This document shows, in pieces, positions 45,168-55,398 of a stretch of 64,000 nucleotides of DNA. Each line of letters opens with the position of its first letter. Within the stretch, counting starts at the first letter, position 1. The DNA comes from a bacterium (GTDB lineage Bacteria; Patescibacteriota; JACMRA01; JAYUNN01). Where the stretch lies: positions 12,408 to 76,407 of the forward strand of contig JAYUNN010000011.1 of assembly GCA_043761585.1 (NCBI GenBank), given 5' to 3'. The position numbers and the translations under genes are program-made. The notes below the pieces were generated by a model, which did no database searches, was not told where the DNA came from, and saw nothing but the letters and a program-made list of their open reading frames with translations.

Positions 45168-47114
45168 TTATTGATTTTGTTTAAATTGTGTTTCTAGTTT
45201 GGCTTTATCTTCTGGGGTTCGGGGATAAACGGGGAATACTAATTCACCAGCCTCTAAACCACTTAAGATTTCGATATTGGCTCCAGCATCTAAACCAGTT
45301 TTGACATCACGAGACTCAAATTTAGCGTAAGTTTTAGTCAAACCTACTTTACTAGCTCCACTGGCTAAATAAACTCGGTTTTCATCTACTGCATTTCGAG
45401 GTACATACAAAACATCATCTAGCTTTTGAAGTATAATTTCCAAATCCGCACTTTGGCCTGAGACAAAATTAACGTTTTGAGTACGTGGCAAATCTACAAA
45501 AACTTCATATTCTGGAGTGTCAGTTTGGTTTATACTCGGAACTGGAGTAAGCGAAGCGAAGCTAATTTTAGCACCTTTAACAGTTTTAAAAGTCTCGTTA
45601 ATTAGATTTACAGGTAAGTTTTTCTCCAATTTGGATCGGGAATCAGCTGAAACTTTAAATTTTACACGATAATCAGGTGAAAAGACTTTAAATTCGACTT
45701 GTCCAGCTTGTATTTCTAGATCTTGATCGACTAAAATATCACCAATTACACCACTTTTTTTAGCTTTTAGGGTTTTGGTATCCTCTTGATCTTTGATATC
45801 AGTTTGAATATCAGCTAATTTTTGCGCTAGATTAGCATTTTGAGTCGAGTTACTAGCTTTTTGCTGATTTAAGCTGTTGATAGTTTGGTTTAGGCTGGCA
45901 CTTTGCGTATTTCGACTGGCTTCAAGTTCGGCTTTGGTGCGCTCGAGAGTGGTTTGCTGATCTTTTAAAGTATCTACTTCTTTAGTGTCATCGATTATTT
46001 TTATATCATTTTTACGGCTTTCGATTTCTTTTTTGAGTTCAGCTTTCTGATTTTCAATCACAGCATTGTAGTTTTGATCACTATAGGGCGGAGTTCTGGT
46101 GATCGCGCCGTTATATTCTGGAGTAGCTTGGAGAGCCTTGATTTTATTTTCTAGTTCTTTTATATCAAATTCTAATCTAGTTTTAGCCCCACTATCGACT
46201 GGCTTAATTTGAGTTAGTTGGGTTTCGAGATCATTTTTAGTTGTGTTGGCTAAATTGTAGTTATTATTGGCTTGATCACAACTAGTTTTGTTATAAAATG
46301 GAGTGCTGGAATTGCAGACATCGGAGTTTTTTATAGTGTTTGAATTATCGATCGCGGCTTGTTGCTGTTGGATTTGAGTTTTGAGCTTTTGAGTGTTGCT
46401 AGCGACGTCGAAACTTTGTAGCTGATCACGCTTGCTGGTTAACTCATCACCAAGAGTTTTAAGTGAATCATAAATATATTTTGTCGATTCGAGCGTGTTA
46501 AATTGAGCTTGGAGAGTGTCACGCTCTTTGATTAGCCGATCGCGTTTGTTGCTATTTTCAAGGTTTTTGTTAGTGATTTTTTGATCTAGATTATTTAGTT
46601 CGTTTTCCCGATTTTCGACCTGCAAATTGAGCTGATTTAAGGTAGCTCCAGCGATTTTTTGAGCATCTGAACTAGATCCAGCCAGGTTTCTGGACTCTTG
46701 GTTAGTGGTGTTGATTTGACTCAAGATGTCGGTTTCCCGCAACTTAGTATTGTTGATGAAATCAATTTTAGCCAAAACTTGATCTTTTTCTACAAAATCA
46801 CCCTTTTTAACTAAAAGTTCGGTAATTTTAGCATTTTGATATATTTTTACATCGTAACTATAGATAGGCTCGACGTTGCCGCTGGTTTTTATACTCTTGA
46901 CAAGCTGACCTCGCTGCACTTCTACAGCTTCAGGAAAGACCTGATCACGCTGATTTGAGCGTAAAAACATCAAGATTACTGGTAGTAAAATCAGTAAAAC
47001 CAAAAGTCCTGGAATAATCCAGCCACTGAAAAAACGCAAGAATTTCCAAAGCGGAGTCAACCATTTAGCTAGTTTATTTCGTGAGTTTCGAAGAGTTGTG
47101 ATTATTGTGGGCAC
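45168..47114 (-). CDS. HlyD/MacA-type membrane-fusion (periplasmic adaptor) protein with an exceptionally long coiled-coil insert
   Basis: N-terminal TM anchor, a lipoyl/beta-barrel-like start (GNVEPIYSYDV...GDFVEKDQVLAKID) and end (VLYVPRNAV), separated by about 350 aa of heptad-rich Q/N/K/E sequence. GTG start. Confidence 0.75.
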   Translation of the reverse strand: MPTIITTLRNSRNKLAKWLTPLWKFLRFFSGWIIPGLLVLLILLPVILMFLRSNQRDQVFPEAVEVQRGQLVKSIKTSGNVEPIYSYDVKIYQNAKITELLVKKGDFVEKDQVLAKIDFINNTKLRETDILSQINTTNQESRNLAGSSSDAQKIAGATLNQLNLQVENRENELNNLDQKITNKNLENSNKRDRLIKERDTLQAQFNTLESTKYIYDSLKTLGDELTSKRDQLQSFDVASNTQKLKTQIQQQQAAIDNSNTIKNSDVCNSSTPFYNKTSCDQANNNYNLANTTKNDLETQLTQIKPVDSGAKTRLEFDIKELENKIKALQATPEYNGAITRTPPYSDQNYNAVIENQKAELKKEIESRKNDIKIIDDTKEVDTLKDQQTTLERTKAELEASRNTQSASLNQTINSLNQQKASNSTQNANLAQKLADIQTDIKDQEDTKTLKAKKSGVIGDILVDQDLEIQAGQVEFKVFSPDYRVKFKVSADSRSKLEKNLPVNLINETFKTVKGAKISFASLTPVPSINQTDTPEYEVFVDLPRTQNVNFVSGQSADLEIILQKLDDVLYVPRNAVDENRVYLASGASKVGLTKTYAKFESRDVKTGLDAGANIEILSGLEAGELVFPVYPRTPEDKAKLETQFKQNQ

Positions 47115-47243
47115 AAGTTAAAGATTTTAGTTTTACAAAATATCAAAATTAAAAGGCATGGGTTTTAAACTTTGGATTAGATTTACCCTAGAATAGTATT
47201 TTGATATTCTATGTGTATTTTTGAGGCTAATTTGTTTTTGGTG

Positions 47244-48470
47244 CTAGTCATATCTAAGTGCCTCTACGATCAACAATCGACTGGCCTGAATGGCTGGATA
47301 TATCCCAAAACCTACGCCTAAAATAGCAGATAAGATGGTTGAGTAGTAGAGTGACATCCACGAGTAATTATTGGCTAGTTTTACTCCAGGGCTGACCAAA
47401 GCCACAATATCAACCCCTACAAATACAAAATATTGAGCCAGCCCAGCCCCGATAACTCCCGAACAGGTGGTCAAGAGTACTGATTCGGTCAAAAAAATCG
47501 AAACAATATCCCAGTTTTTGGCACCTAGAGCCCGTCGAATACCAATCTCTCGCACTCGCTGAGTCACAGACATTAGCATCACGTTTAGCACTCCAATCCC
47601 ACCTACAAGCAGTGAAATAAAGGCCACCAACCCCAAAAATAGCTGAAAAGCAGCCAAAGTGGCTCCGACTACCTCCAAAGCCGATTTAGCTGTTCTAAAA
47701 TTTAAAGGTTGAGCTTTTGTACCAGTGTTTTGGCTAATTCTATAGCCGTTAACAGCGTCTTTGAGCCGACCAGCGACATAATCTACTTGAGACTCCTTTT
47801 CTACCAAGAAACTAATTCCAATTAATGGTTTATTGGGTTTGTTGCTAATTTCCCAACCTGCCGTCAACGGTATCACAACTTCTTCGCCATTGCTAAAAAG
47901 AGTTTCCGTAGAATCATACTCACCAATAACCGTAAAAGAACTGTTTCCCAAGCTAATTGTATCATTTAAAAGTGAGCTTTTTCCTTTGATATTTCTAGCA
48001 AAAGTCCGTGAAACTACCGCGACTCGATCACCGCTATCAGCCTCGGATTTAGAAAAAAAACGCCCCTGTAAACCTTTTAAAGTGGTTAATTTGGGATAAT
48101 TTGAATCAGTTGAGATGACAGTTTGGTTGGTATTTTTATCTTCTTGATTTTTTAAAATCACGTTAAAGCGATAGTCTGGAAAAGCTTCAGATATAGGAAA
48201 AACACCCATTTGGCTACGGATATAATTGTAGTCATCGTTTGTCATTTCGACAGTCTCGGTCCTAGAACTTCCAAAAGGGTCGACGCGCACGGCACGTGTA
48301 TCACCAACTGCACTCAAAAGCTGATTTGAAAGGTATCCCTGAGCTATTTCGCCACTGGCAAAAATCAAAGTCACAGCTAAAACCCCAATCATAATCCCCA
48401 AAGCTGTCAAAATGCTGCGAGATTTGTTGGAAGCTAGTTCACGCCACGCCAAAGTAAAGATTTGTAACAC
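47244..48470 (-). CDS. ABC transporter permease, MacB/FtsX family
   Basis: MacB_PCD-like periplasmic domain between TM1 and TM2, and a C-terminal FtsX 3-TM bundle (REIGIRRALGAKNWDI). GTG start. Confidence 0.88.
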   Translation of the reverse strand: MLQIFTLAWRELASNKSRSILTALGIMIGVLAVTLIFASGEIAQGYLSNQLLSAVGDTRAVRVDPFGSSRTETVEMTNDDYNYIRSQMGVFPISEAFPDYRFNVILKNQEDKNTNQTVISTDSNYPKLTTLKGLQGRFFSKSEADSGDRVAVVSRTFARNIKGKSSLLNDTISLGNSSFTVIGEYDSTETLFSNGEEVVIPLTAGWEISNKPNKPLIGISFLVEKESQVDYVAGRLKDAVNGYRISQNTGTKAQPLNFRTAKSALEVVGATLAAFQLFLGLVAFISLLVGGIGVLNVMLMSVTQRVREIGIRRALGAKNWDIVSIFLTESVLLTTCSGVIGAGLAQYFVFVGVDIVALVSPGVKLANNYSWMSLYYSTILSAILGVGFGIYPAIQASRLLIVEALRYD

Positions 48471-48509
48471 AAAATAGTCTAAGTTTGTTTTAACTTTTGA
48501 TTTGACTAC

Positions 48510-48539
48510 AATATATTACGCTTTGACTAAAATTGTCAA
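48510..48539 (-). promoter_or_regulatory. Candidate promoter of the permease-MFP-ATPase operon
   Basis: The minus strand reads TTGACA (48539-48534), 18-nt spacer, TATATT (48515-48510), about 40 nt upstream of the GTG start. Confidence 0.3.
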
Positions 48540-48625
48540 TTAAATCCAAGGCAACTGCTCATATTTAAATCGGTCGTGTTTTTGCCGACCGTTAAAGTAA
48601 TCCTTGAGTTTTAATAATCAAACTT

Positions 48626-48883
48626 CTTAAAACAAGATACTTTTATCAAAATGTGATCGTTTTTTATTTCTTACTTCATCTTAGCATTTGAACTTAAATC
48701 CTTATTCTTCCTAAGACCTAATTTTATATGGAAAAAAGTATAGAAAAAAGTGAAGCTTTTTATATTTTTCAAAGTTCAAACAGCTTGCTCTTGATCAACT
48801 CGCACCAAATGTGGTGTTTTTGAGAAAAGATAGGAGGGGTGGGTTTTATACTTAGTTTTGTTGTCTATTTTACAGATGATTAA
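48626..48883 (+). repeat. Family A structured element, copy A7
   Basis: AAAACAAGATACTTTTATCAAAATGTGATCG...TTAGCATTTGAAC...GTTCAAACAGCTTGCTC...ACCAAATGTGGTGTTTTTGAGAAAAGATAGGAGGGGTGGGTTTT. Short frame GTG 48839..TAA 48883. Confidence 0.65.
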
Positions 48884-48920
48884 AAGGTAAAACGTTATTT
48901 CGATTTATGCACAGCTAAGT

Positions 48921-50618
48921 CTACGTTTTGACATAGCCTTTACTCAAATATTCTAGCAACATACGTTCGGTATTAAAATGGCTACCGTTTAACGCCATGG
49001 CTTGTTTTTGGATCTCAATCCAGTGAGCAGAGTCTAAAAAATAAGTAGGTAAAACTACCCCTTCGAGCTTGATATATAAGTCGTTTGAGTCACGACTGTT
49101 TATAAAATCGGCTCCATCATGACTGGCCATGTTGTATAAATTATTTTGAGTGTCACTATTTTCGCCTATAGCCCAGCCAGTTTGGCCTTCGATCCAGCCT
49201 TCGGACCACCATCCATCCAAAATCGACAAATTTGGTACACCGTTTATGGCCGCTTTCATGCCGCTAGTACCGGATGCCTCCAGTGGCTTGATAGGGTTAT
49301 TTAGCCAGATATCAGAGCCCGACACCATTTTTAATGAGATTTCCATGTCATAGTTTGGGATATAAACTATTTTTAAAAGACCGAGATCCTGCTTGGAAAG
49401 ATTGTAAATACGGGCAATTGAACCTTCTAAATCCTGAGTTTTAGGATAGGCTTTACCACTAAAAACTAATTGTAAGCCATTAAATTTTTCAGCAATTTTT
49501 TGTAAACGTGCAAGATCATTGAAAATTAAATCTAATCGTTTGTAGGGATCTACTCGGCGACCAAAACCGACAGTAAAGATATTTTCTTCAAAAACTGTTC
49601 CAGTGCGTTCTTGAATTAGTTTTAAAAGTGAAACTTTATTGGTTTGATGTGTTTTATAGATCTCGCTATCTGGTATATCTAAAGCATTTCTAAACAGGCT
49701 GGAATCGGCTCGCCAACCAGGTATATACTGATCTAAAAGTGCTTGTGTGGCTGGAGATGTCCAGCTTTGGGCGTGCACACCATTGGTGATAAAATCAATT
49801 TGATAACCTGGAAAAAGTTGGTTTGAAACCTCAGCGTGTTTTTTAGAGACTGCATTTTTGTAAATACTGTTTTCCAAGCAAAATTTGGTTAAACTAAAAT
49901 CTCCATTTTCAATTTCGTTAATTTGAATTAAACTATAGTATTTTGGATCTAAATTTGCCTGCAAAACTGAGCTTTGATAGTGTTTGTGACCGTGTAAAAC
50001 AGGTGTGTGAGTAGTAAACACAATCTTGCCCTGAACTACACTTTGATCTTGCGGTTTTAAAATTTCTCTGAGAGCTAAAATTGCGAAAGCGGCGTGGCTT
50101 TCATTTAGATGGTATTTTTCAATGGTCGAAAATTTATCTATGGCTTGCAACATTTTAACACCGCCAATACCGAGTAAAATTTCTTGTTTGAGTCTAAGAG
50201 TTGAGTCGGCGATATAGAGCTGGCTAGTAATTTGACGATTTTCTAGAGTGTTTTTGTCGTAGTCAGTATCTAAAAAGTAAACTGGCACGACACTTTTTTG
50301 TCCACAAATATCGTAGCGAAAAACTCGAACCCAGACTATTTGCTGGCTGATTTCTAAACTAAATTCTAGATTTTCTGAATGTAAAAATTTTGAAATGTCC
50401 CAAGTATCACTACTTTCTAACTGTTGCCCAGTTCCCGACTCCAGACTTTGAGCAAAATAGCCTTGAGAATAGTTGAGTGTGATGCCCAACATATTTAGCC
50501 CTAGATCCGCGCCGCTTTTGAGTGTGTCACCAGCTAAAATCCCGAGTCCGCCAGCAAAGTTTTTAATCTGGTTTTCTAAACCAATTTCCATAGATAAATA
50601 AGCAATTGAGGTAGGCAT
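48921..50618 (-). CDS. glgP: Alpha-glucan phosphorylase (GT35)
   Basis: GGLGILAGDTLKSGADLG and EASGTSGMKAAINGVPNLSILDGWW. The ATG at 50618 is preferred over the track's upstream alternative start at 50738. Confidence 0.88.
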   Translation of the reverse strand: MPTSIAYLSMEIGLENQIKNFAGGLGILAGDTLKSGADLGLNMLGITLNYSQGYFAQSLESGTGQQLESSDTWDISKFLHSENLEFSLEISQQIVWVRVFRYDICGQKSVVPVYFLDTDYDKNTLENRQITSQLYIADSTLRLKQEILLGIGGVKMLQAIDKFSTIEKYHLNESHAAFAILALREILKPQDQSVVQGKIVFTTHTPVLHGHKHYQSSVLQANLDPKYYSLIQINEIENGDFSLTKFCLENSIYKNAVSKKHAEVSNQLFPGYQIDFITNGVHAQSWTSPATQALLDQYIPGWRADSSLFRNALDIPDSEIYKTHQTNKVSLLKLIQERTGTVFEENIFTVGFGRRVDPYKRLDLIFNDLARLQKIAEKFNGLQLVFSGKAYPKTQDLEGSIARIYNLSKQDLGLLKIVYIPNYDMEISLKMVSGSDIWLNNPIKPLEASGTSGMKAAINGVPNLSILDGWWSEGWIEGQTGWAIGENSDTQNNLYNMASHDGADFINSRDSNDLYIKLEGVVLPTYFLDSAHWIEIQKQAMALNGSHFNTERMLLEYLSKGYVKT

Positions 50619-50834
50619 AAAATTAATTTTAATGAATTTGTTATTTTTTTTTAGCAAAAGTTCGTTATTGTTGGGTGTGATATTTGAATTGGTATAAGCT
50701 GTGTTTTTAAATATCAATGCCAAAACTTCGTAGAACAAGATATTTCTGCAGGAAACTAAGTCCCTTTATTATTAGTTTAATTATCATGGTTTTAATCTGA
50801 ATCAAACATGAGTTTATGTCTTATATACAAGCCT

Positions 50835-52070
50835 TTAGGCTAATTCCAATTTTGGTTTCGATTCCGATTTTGGCAGCTCAAAGTTATCCAATCGGATTAC
50901 AAAGTCTTTAAGTACATTCATAAAATAGATAAAAGCTTCGTACGGGCTTTGATATGGGCTAAAGTAGGTGTGAATATCACCATCTTGGAAAAATTTGGTG
51001 CACATGTAGTAAAAGTGATCTGAAGTTTGGAGCTTGCGCCAGTCATTGATTAGGGTCTTGTTGGTAGTGGCTAAAACTTGGTTTTCCAATGCGTATAGCT
51101 TGTCCATGGCATCTATTTGCATTGCATTTGATCGCCAAGCTGATAGATCTCGCTCAGCATCGGCCCATGATATATAATCAGGTATATCTAGCTCAGCCAC
51201 AGTTTCAAAACTAGCTACAACCTCGGATGGCGTCATAAAACTATTTCCACTACGAGCTAAAATAGCGGCTGGTAAATGCTCCAAAAACTGGAATATGCCT
51301 GTGTGATCCCACTGATGTTCACCAAAAGTTTCGTAGTCCATAAACAGGTTAATGACCTCGGCGTTGCCGTTAAATTGATCGACCCAACTGGCAAATTTAT
51401 CAGCCGTAAGCGGAAATCCAGACCAGTTTTGATCCGAAAATCTAAATCCTATATCATCCGAGAGTCGGTAATTTTTAAGTAGCAATTTTATATTCTGAGT
51501 GTTTTGTGGTTGGTATAAAAAATTTGGACTGCGTTCACCTAAAATATGGTCCGCACCTTCGGTAATTATTCCTCGAAAACCCATTGATTCAATTGTCTTA
51601 GCCAAATCGTTGTTGTAAATAAGCTCGGTGTTTCGAAATACCTGCGGCTTGACTCCAAATAGTTCCTGTACCAATTTGGCGTGGGCTTTGACTTGAGCTT
51701 CAAACTCGTGTTTGGAGTATAAATACGCCAAAGAATGATAGTAGGTTTCACTTAAGATTTCGACTTGGCCAGTCTCAACTAAAGCCTGAAAAGAGACTAA
51801 AACCTCAGGCTGATAAGCCACAATCTGCTCTAAAAATACACCTGAAAGAGAAAAACTAATTTTAAAATCCGGATTTCCTTGAAGTTGTTTTAAAAGTAAA
51901 GCATTGGTTGGTAAATAACATTTTCTGGAAACTTTATCCAAAATTTTGATGTTGTGAGTGGCTTCGCCGCCATTTTGGAAGTATTCATGATCGTTGCCAA
52001 TATCAAAAATGGAATACTTTTTAATACGAAATGGCTGATGGACTTGGAAGTAGAAGCATACTGCAGGCAT
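50835..52070 (-). CDS. Glycoside hydrolase family 57 enzyme
   Basis: N-terminus FYFQVHQPFR and FMDYETFGEHQW are typical GH57 blocks. Confidence 0.8.
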   Translation of the reverse strand: MPAVCFYFQVHQPFRIKKYSIFDIGNDHEYFQNGGEATHNIKILDKVSRKCYLPTNALLLKQLQGNPDFKISFSLSGVFLEQIVAYQPEVLVSFQALVETGQVEILSETYYHSLAYLYSKHEFEAQVKAHAKLVQELFGVKPQVFRNTELIYNNDLAKTIESMGFRGIITEGADHILGERSPNFLYQPQNTQNIKLLLKNYRLSDDIGFRFSDQNWSGFPLTADKFASWVDQFNGNAEVINLFMDYETFGEHQWDHTGIFQFLEHLPAAILARSGNSFMTPSEVVASFETVAELDIPDYISWADAERDLSAWRSNAMQIDAMDKLYALENQVLATTNKTLINDWRKLQTSDHFYYMCTKFFQDGDIHTYFSPYQSPYEAFIYFMNVLKDFVIRLDNFELPKSESKPKLELA

Positions 52071-52080
52071 ATTTAGGTTT

Positions 52081-53448
52081 TTATAAGTACTTTTTGTTTA
52101 AAAAATTGACTCGATTTGCTTGTGCTAGATCTAAAATATGATTATATAAATTTTGAATTTTGACTCCAGCTTTGTCCCAGGTGATAGTTTGAGCTTCGTG
52201 ATAACCAAAATTGGTTAAAGTTTGTTTCAAGCTGTTATTATCTAAGACTGAAACGATTAGATTGGCGGTCTCATCAACATCCCAAAAATCAACTTTTAAA
52301 GCATTTTGGATTATCTCGCCCACACCAGAAGTTTTAGAAATAATAATGGGTGTGCGGTTTAAAATTGACTCTAAACCAACCAATCCAAATGGTTCTGAGA
52401 CCGAGGGCATCACAAATAAATCGCACATTTGATATAAAGCTTCTAATTCTTGACCACGCACAAAACCTGGAAAAATGACCTTGTCAGAAATCCCAAGCAA
52501 AGCTGAAAGATGGATCAAATAGTTACTCATATCTCCGCTCCCAGCTATGACAAAAATAGTTTTAGGTTGAAATTGAGACACTTTTTGGGCCGCTTTAAGT
52601 AGGTATTCGACACCTTTTTGATGAGTCAGTCGACCTACAAATAGCACTAAATTGTATCCATTTTGCTTGAAATGCTCCAGGCTCTGTTTTAGTTTAAGCT
52701 GATTTGTTTCACTTTGATTTGATATATCTAAAAGCGGGGTTGGGCCGTTATGAATAGCTACAATTTTGTCGCCGCTAATGCCGTAATACTTCATAACCAC
52801 ATCTTTGGTGTGTTCGGAGACAGTGATGACTTGGTCTGCTGCTTCCATACCAGCTTTTTCGATCTCAAAAATACGACTGTTACCATGATTACCACTGCGG
52901 TCGATTTCGGTGGAGTGGATGTGAACTACAAGTGGTTTTTGGGTAATTCGCTGGGCTCGCATAGCTGCTGGAAAAGTCAGCCAGTCGTGAGCATGTATGA
53001 TATCAAAGATCTGCCTGTCTAAAACTTGGTTTACCACTAGGGCGTAGCGCTGGACTTCGGCTTCGAGATTTGGAGCGTAAAGAATCTGCTGCCCGGCGCG
53101 CGCATTGCCAGTAAAATTTGAATAGTTGTCCAAATATGACTGCGGCTCAGCGTAAGGCCAAAGCGCGCTATTTATGGCAACAACATTGATGCTTAGATTT
53201 TGTAAATCTTCGATCGGTTCGTCAGGTAGGACAGTAGTCAAGCTATCTGGAGCGTATAAAAAATTGGTGTTTGAGACACCGTAGTCTAGCTTTCGAGGTA
53301 GTACAAAAGTCAGGTTTATACCCAATTTTGCTAGTGCTTGAGTCATACCCAAGCAGGCTGGCCCGAGTCCACCAGTATTGTGAGGCGGAAATTCCCAACC
53401 AAACATTAGCACCTTTGTCGCACAAATTTTTGCGTTAATCTTAGCCAT
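52081..53448 (-). CDS. Glycogen-synthase-like glycosyltransferase (GT-B)
   Basis: FGWEFPPHNTGGLGPAC N-terminus, FVGRLTHQKG, and SEPFGLVGLESI in the C-terminal half. Confidence 0.8.
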   Translation of the reverse strand: MAKINAKICATKVLMFGWEFPPHNTGGLGPACLGMTQALAKLGINLTFVLPRKLDYGVSNTNFLYAPDSLTTVLPDEPIEDLQNLSINVVAINSALWPYAEPQSYLDNYSNFTGNARAGQQILYAPNLEAEVQRYALVVNQVLDRQIFDIIHAHDWLTFPAAMRAQRITQKPLVVHIHSTEIDRSGNHGNSRIFEIEKAGMEAADQVITVSEHTKDVVMKYYGISGDKIVAIHNGPTPLLDISNQSETNQLKLKQSLEHFKQNGYNLVLFVGRLTHQKGVEYLLKAAQKVSQFQPKTIFVIAGSGDMSNYLIHLSALLGISDKVIFPGFVRGQELEALYQMCDLFVMPSVSEPFGLVGLESILNRTPIIISKTSGVGEIIQNALKVDFWDVDETANLIVSVLDNNSLKQTLTNFGYHEAQTITWDKAGVKIQNLYNHILDLAQANRVNFLNKKYL

Positions 53449-53747
53449 ATTTATGTAGTTTTATTGTTTATTTAGCTTTATATTTTTGCTCTATTTATAT
53501 TTGCATCTCATTATAAACTATGTTTTAGTTCTGGTCAAAGAATACACTAAAACTAAGCTACAGCTCAAATAAAAGCCCATTTAAGACATTTAGAAGTTAG
53601 GTCTAGAAATTGTTTAGCGCAGCGGTATGAGTGATTTTTTAGACTAGTTTAAGGGTGTCTTAGCACAAAACCCCATATCGAAACTCTTCAAATAAAATAC
53701 TTTTACATTATTTTGACCTCTTAAAAATGTCATTTTTGTTTAAAATA

Positions 53748-55220
53748 CTACAATTCCAGTTTAAAAATATGACTTTGAAAAGGAGTAAGCTTGATATACA
53801 AGCCATTTTGAGCCATATCATTGCGGTCTCTAGGGTATTCTACGTCAGTGAGCAAATCTTTTAACAACAAATTATTTTTTTGAGTATTAAAATCGAGTTT
53901 GCAAAAAGCCTGAGCCACCTGGTCACTATAGTTTATAAATATGAGGTAAATTTCATTTTCTTGTTGCCACTGCCAGGCGATTATATTTTTAAAGCTAAAA
54001 TTATTTTCATTTTCGGGTAAAACTTGATTTAATTGCCAATTACCGTGTTTTATAGCTGGACTTTCGACTATTTCCAGTAGTTTTTCATAAAATTTATCGA
54101 TCTCTGTGTCGTGATTTTCGGTTTTGGTACGCTTTAATTGCATTGGTAAATGGATTCTAGATCCCCACCATTGACCATCTTGATAAAAACGTAGGCCAGG
54201 CAAAGTCGAAATTGCCACAGCCGCCGCCAAAACTCGAGGTTTATCAAATACTTGAATGGAGCGATCTTCATCGTGATTTTCGATAAAACGAGCCATTTTT
54301 TGCTGATAGTTTAGCTCAGCGTGGAGATATTGCTGGATTGACTCAGTTTGATTTGCAGCTAGATAGTCGTAGAGCTTTTTATCGTAAGTGTAGTCAAAGC
54401 CTGCCAACTGCATTTGATATTCAAGATTCCAATAAACCTCAGCTATCAAGACAAAATCTGGATTTTTTATTTTCAAATCATGAATAGTTTCTTGCCAAAA
54501 ATCACTCTCGGGCCTAGCTATATTTTGCCTTTCAAGTAAAGTTTTCCAAGTTGAACCAAAGACATCGGTAAGCATTAGCATTGTCATGTCGCAGCGGACA
54601 CCGTCGCAAATTTCTGTGAGTTTTAAAAGCGTGTCGGCCATAAATCGCCGTGCCACAGGCTCGAAATAATTGACTTGGACAGTATCAACCCAAGCCTCAA
54701 AGTGAGGGTCTTTGCCGTGAGCAAAAACTAAATTATCTTTTTGGAAGAAAGAACCAGGATCTTGATGTAAATCCTGAATACTTCCCTGTAAAAAAAGCTG
54801 TGGTTCAATTTCCAGCAACTTGGAGTCGCGACTAAAGTGATTGCCGATAAAATCCAAAATTAATTTTATATTCAATTGGTTCAAAACTCGCTTTAAATCA
54901 AGTAAGTCTGCCAAAGTGCCTAAAGTAGGATTGATGATATAATCGTCGATAGCAAAAGGCGATGGCACCACATCATTAGGATCAAAATCAGGTAAAATTG
55001 TGCTGTAATAATTTAGATTATCAGCTGTTGCGCCATATTTAGCGGTAGTTTGACACGGTTTCCAGACGCCCATTAGCCACACAAAATCGATACCATCGCT
55101 TGCTAGGTTTTGCCAATATTCAAGTGGAACATCAGCCAAAGTGGCGGCTTTATAAATGGTATCAAACTGATGAATCCAAACACGAGTGTTGATTTGATAA
55201 AGACTGGGATTAAAAGACAT
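53748..55220 (-). CDS. Alpha-amylase family (GH13) protein
   Basis: DGIDFVWLMGVW, DFIGNHFS, DGVRCDMTMLM, FIENHD. ATG at 55220; the track start 55226 is a GTG two codons upstream. Confidence 0.8.
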   Translation of the reverse strand: MSFNPSLYQINTRVWIHQFDTIYKAATLADVPLEYWQNLASDGIDFVWLMGVWKPCQTTAKYGATADNLNYYSTILPDFDPNDVVPSPFAIDDYIINPTLGTLADLLDLKRVLNQLNIKLILDFIGNHFSRDSKLLEIEPQLFLQGSIQDLHQDPGSFFQKDNLVFAHGKDPHFEAWVDTVQVNYFEPVARRFMADTLLKLTEICDGVRCDMTMLMLTDVFGSTWKTLLERQNIARPESDFWQETIHDLKIKNPDFVLIAEVYWNLEYQMQLAGFDYTYDKKLYDYLAANQTESIQQYLHAELNYQQKMARFIENHDEDRSIQVFDKPRVLAAAVAISTLPGLRFYQDGQWWGSRIHLPMQLKRTKTENHDTEIDKFYEKLLEIVESPAIKHGNWQLNQVLPENENNFSFKNIIAWQWQQENEIYLIFINYSDQVAQAFCKLDFNTQKNNLLLKDLLTDVEYPRDRNDMAQNGLYIKLTPFQSHIFKLEL

Positions 55221-55293
55221 GTTCACTCAGTCTAGCCTTAGTTTTAGATGTAGTCAAAATCAATTAAAATTTGTAAATTCAATATCCTGCAAA

Positions 55294-55398
55294 ATAATCT
55301 TGCTTGCGATAAACTACGAGGTATTCCTAAGTACAGTATTTTGCTTTACTTATCAAACTTGCCAGTCTCCCAGTAGGGCTCCAGAGTGCTAAAGCTTA
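55294..55398 (+). repeat. Family B element, partial/divergent copy B4
   Basis: Contains CTACGAGGTATTCCTAA, identical to the core of B2, followed by unrelated sequence ending in AAAGCTT. Confidence 0.45.
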
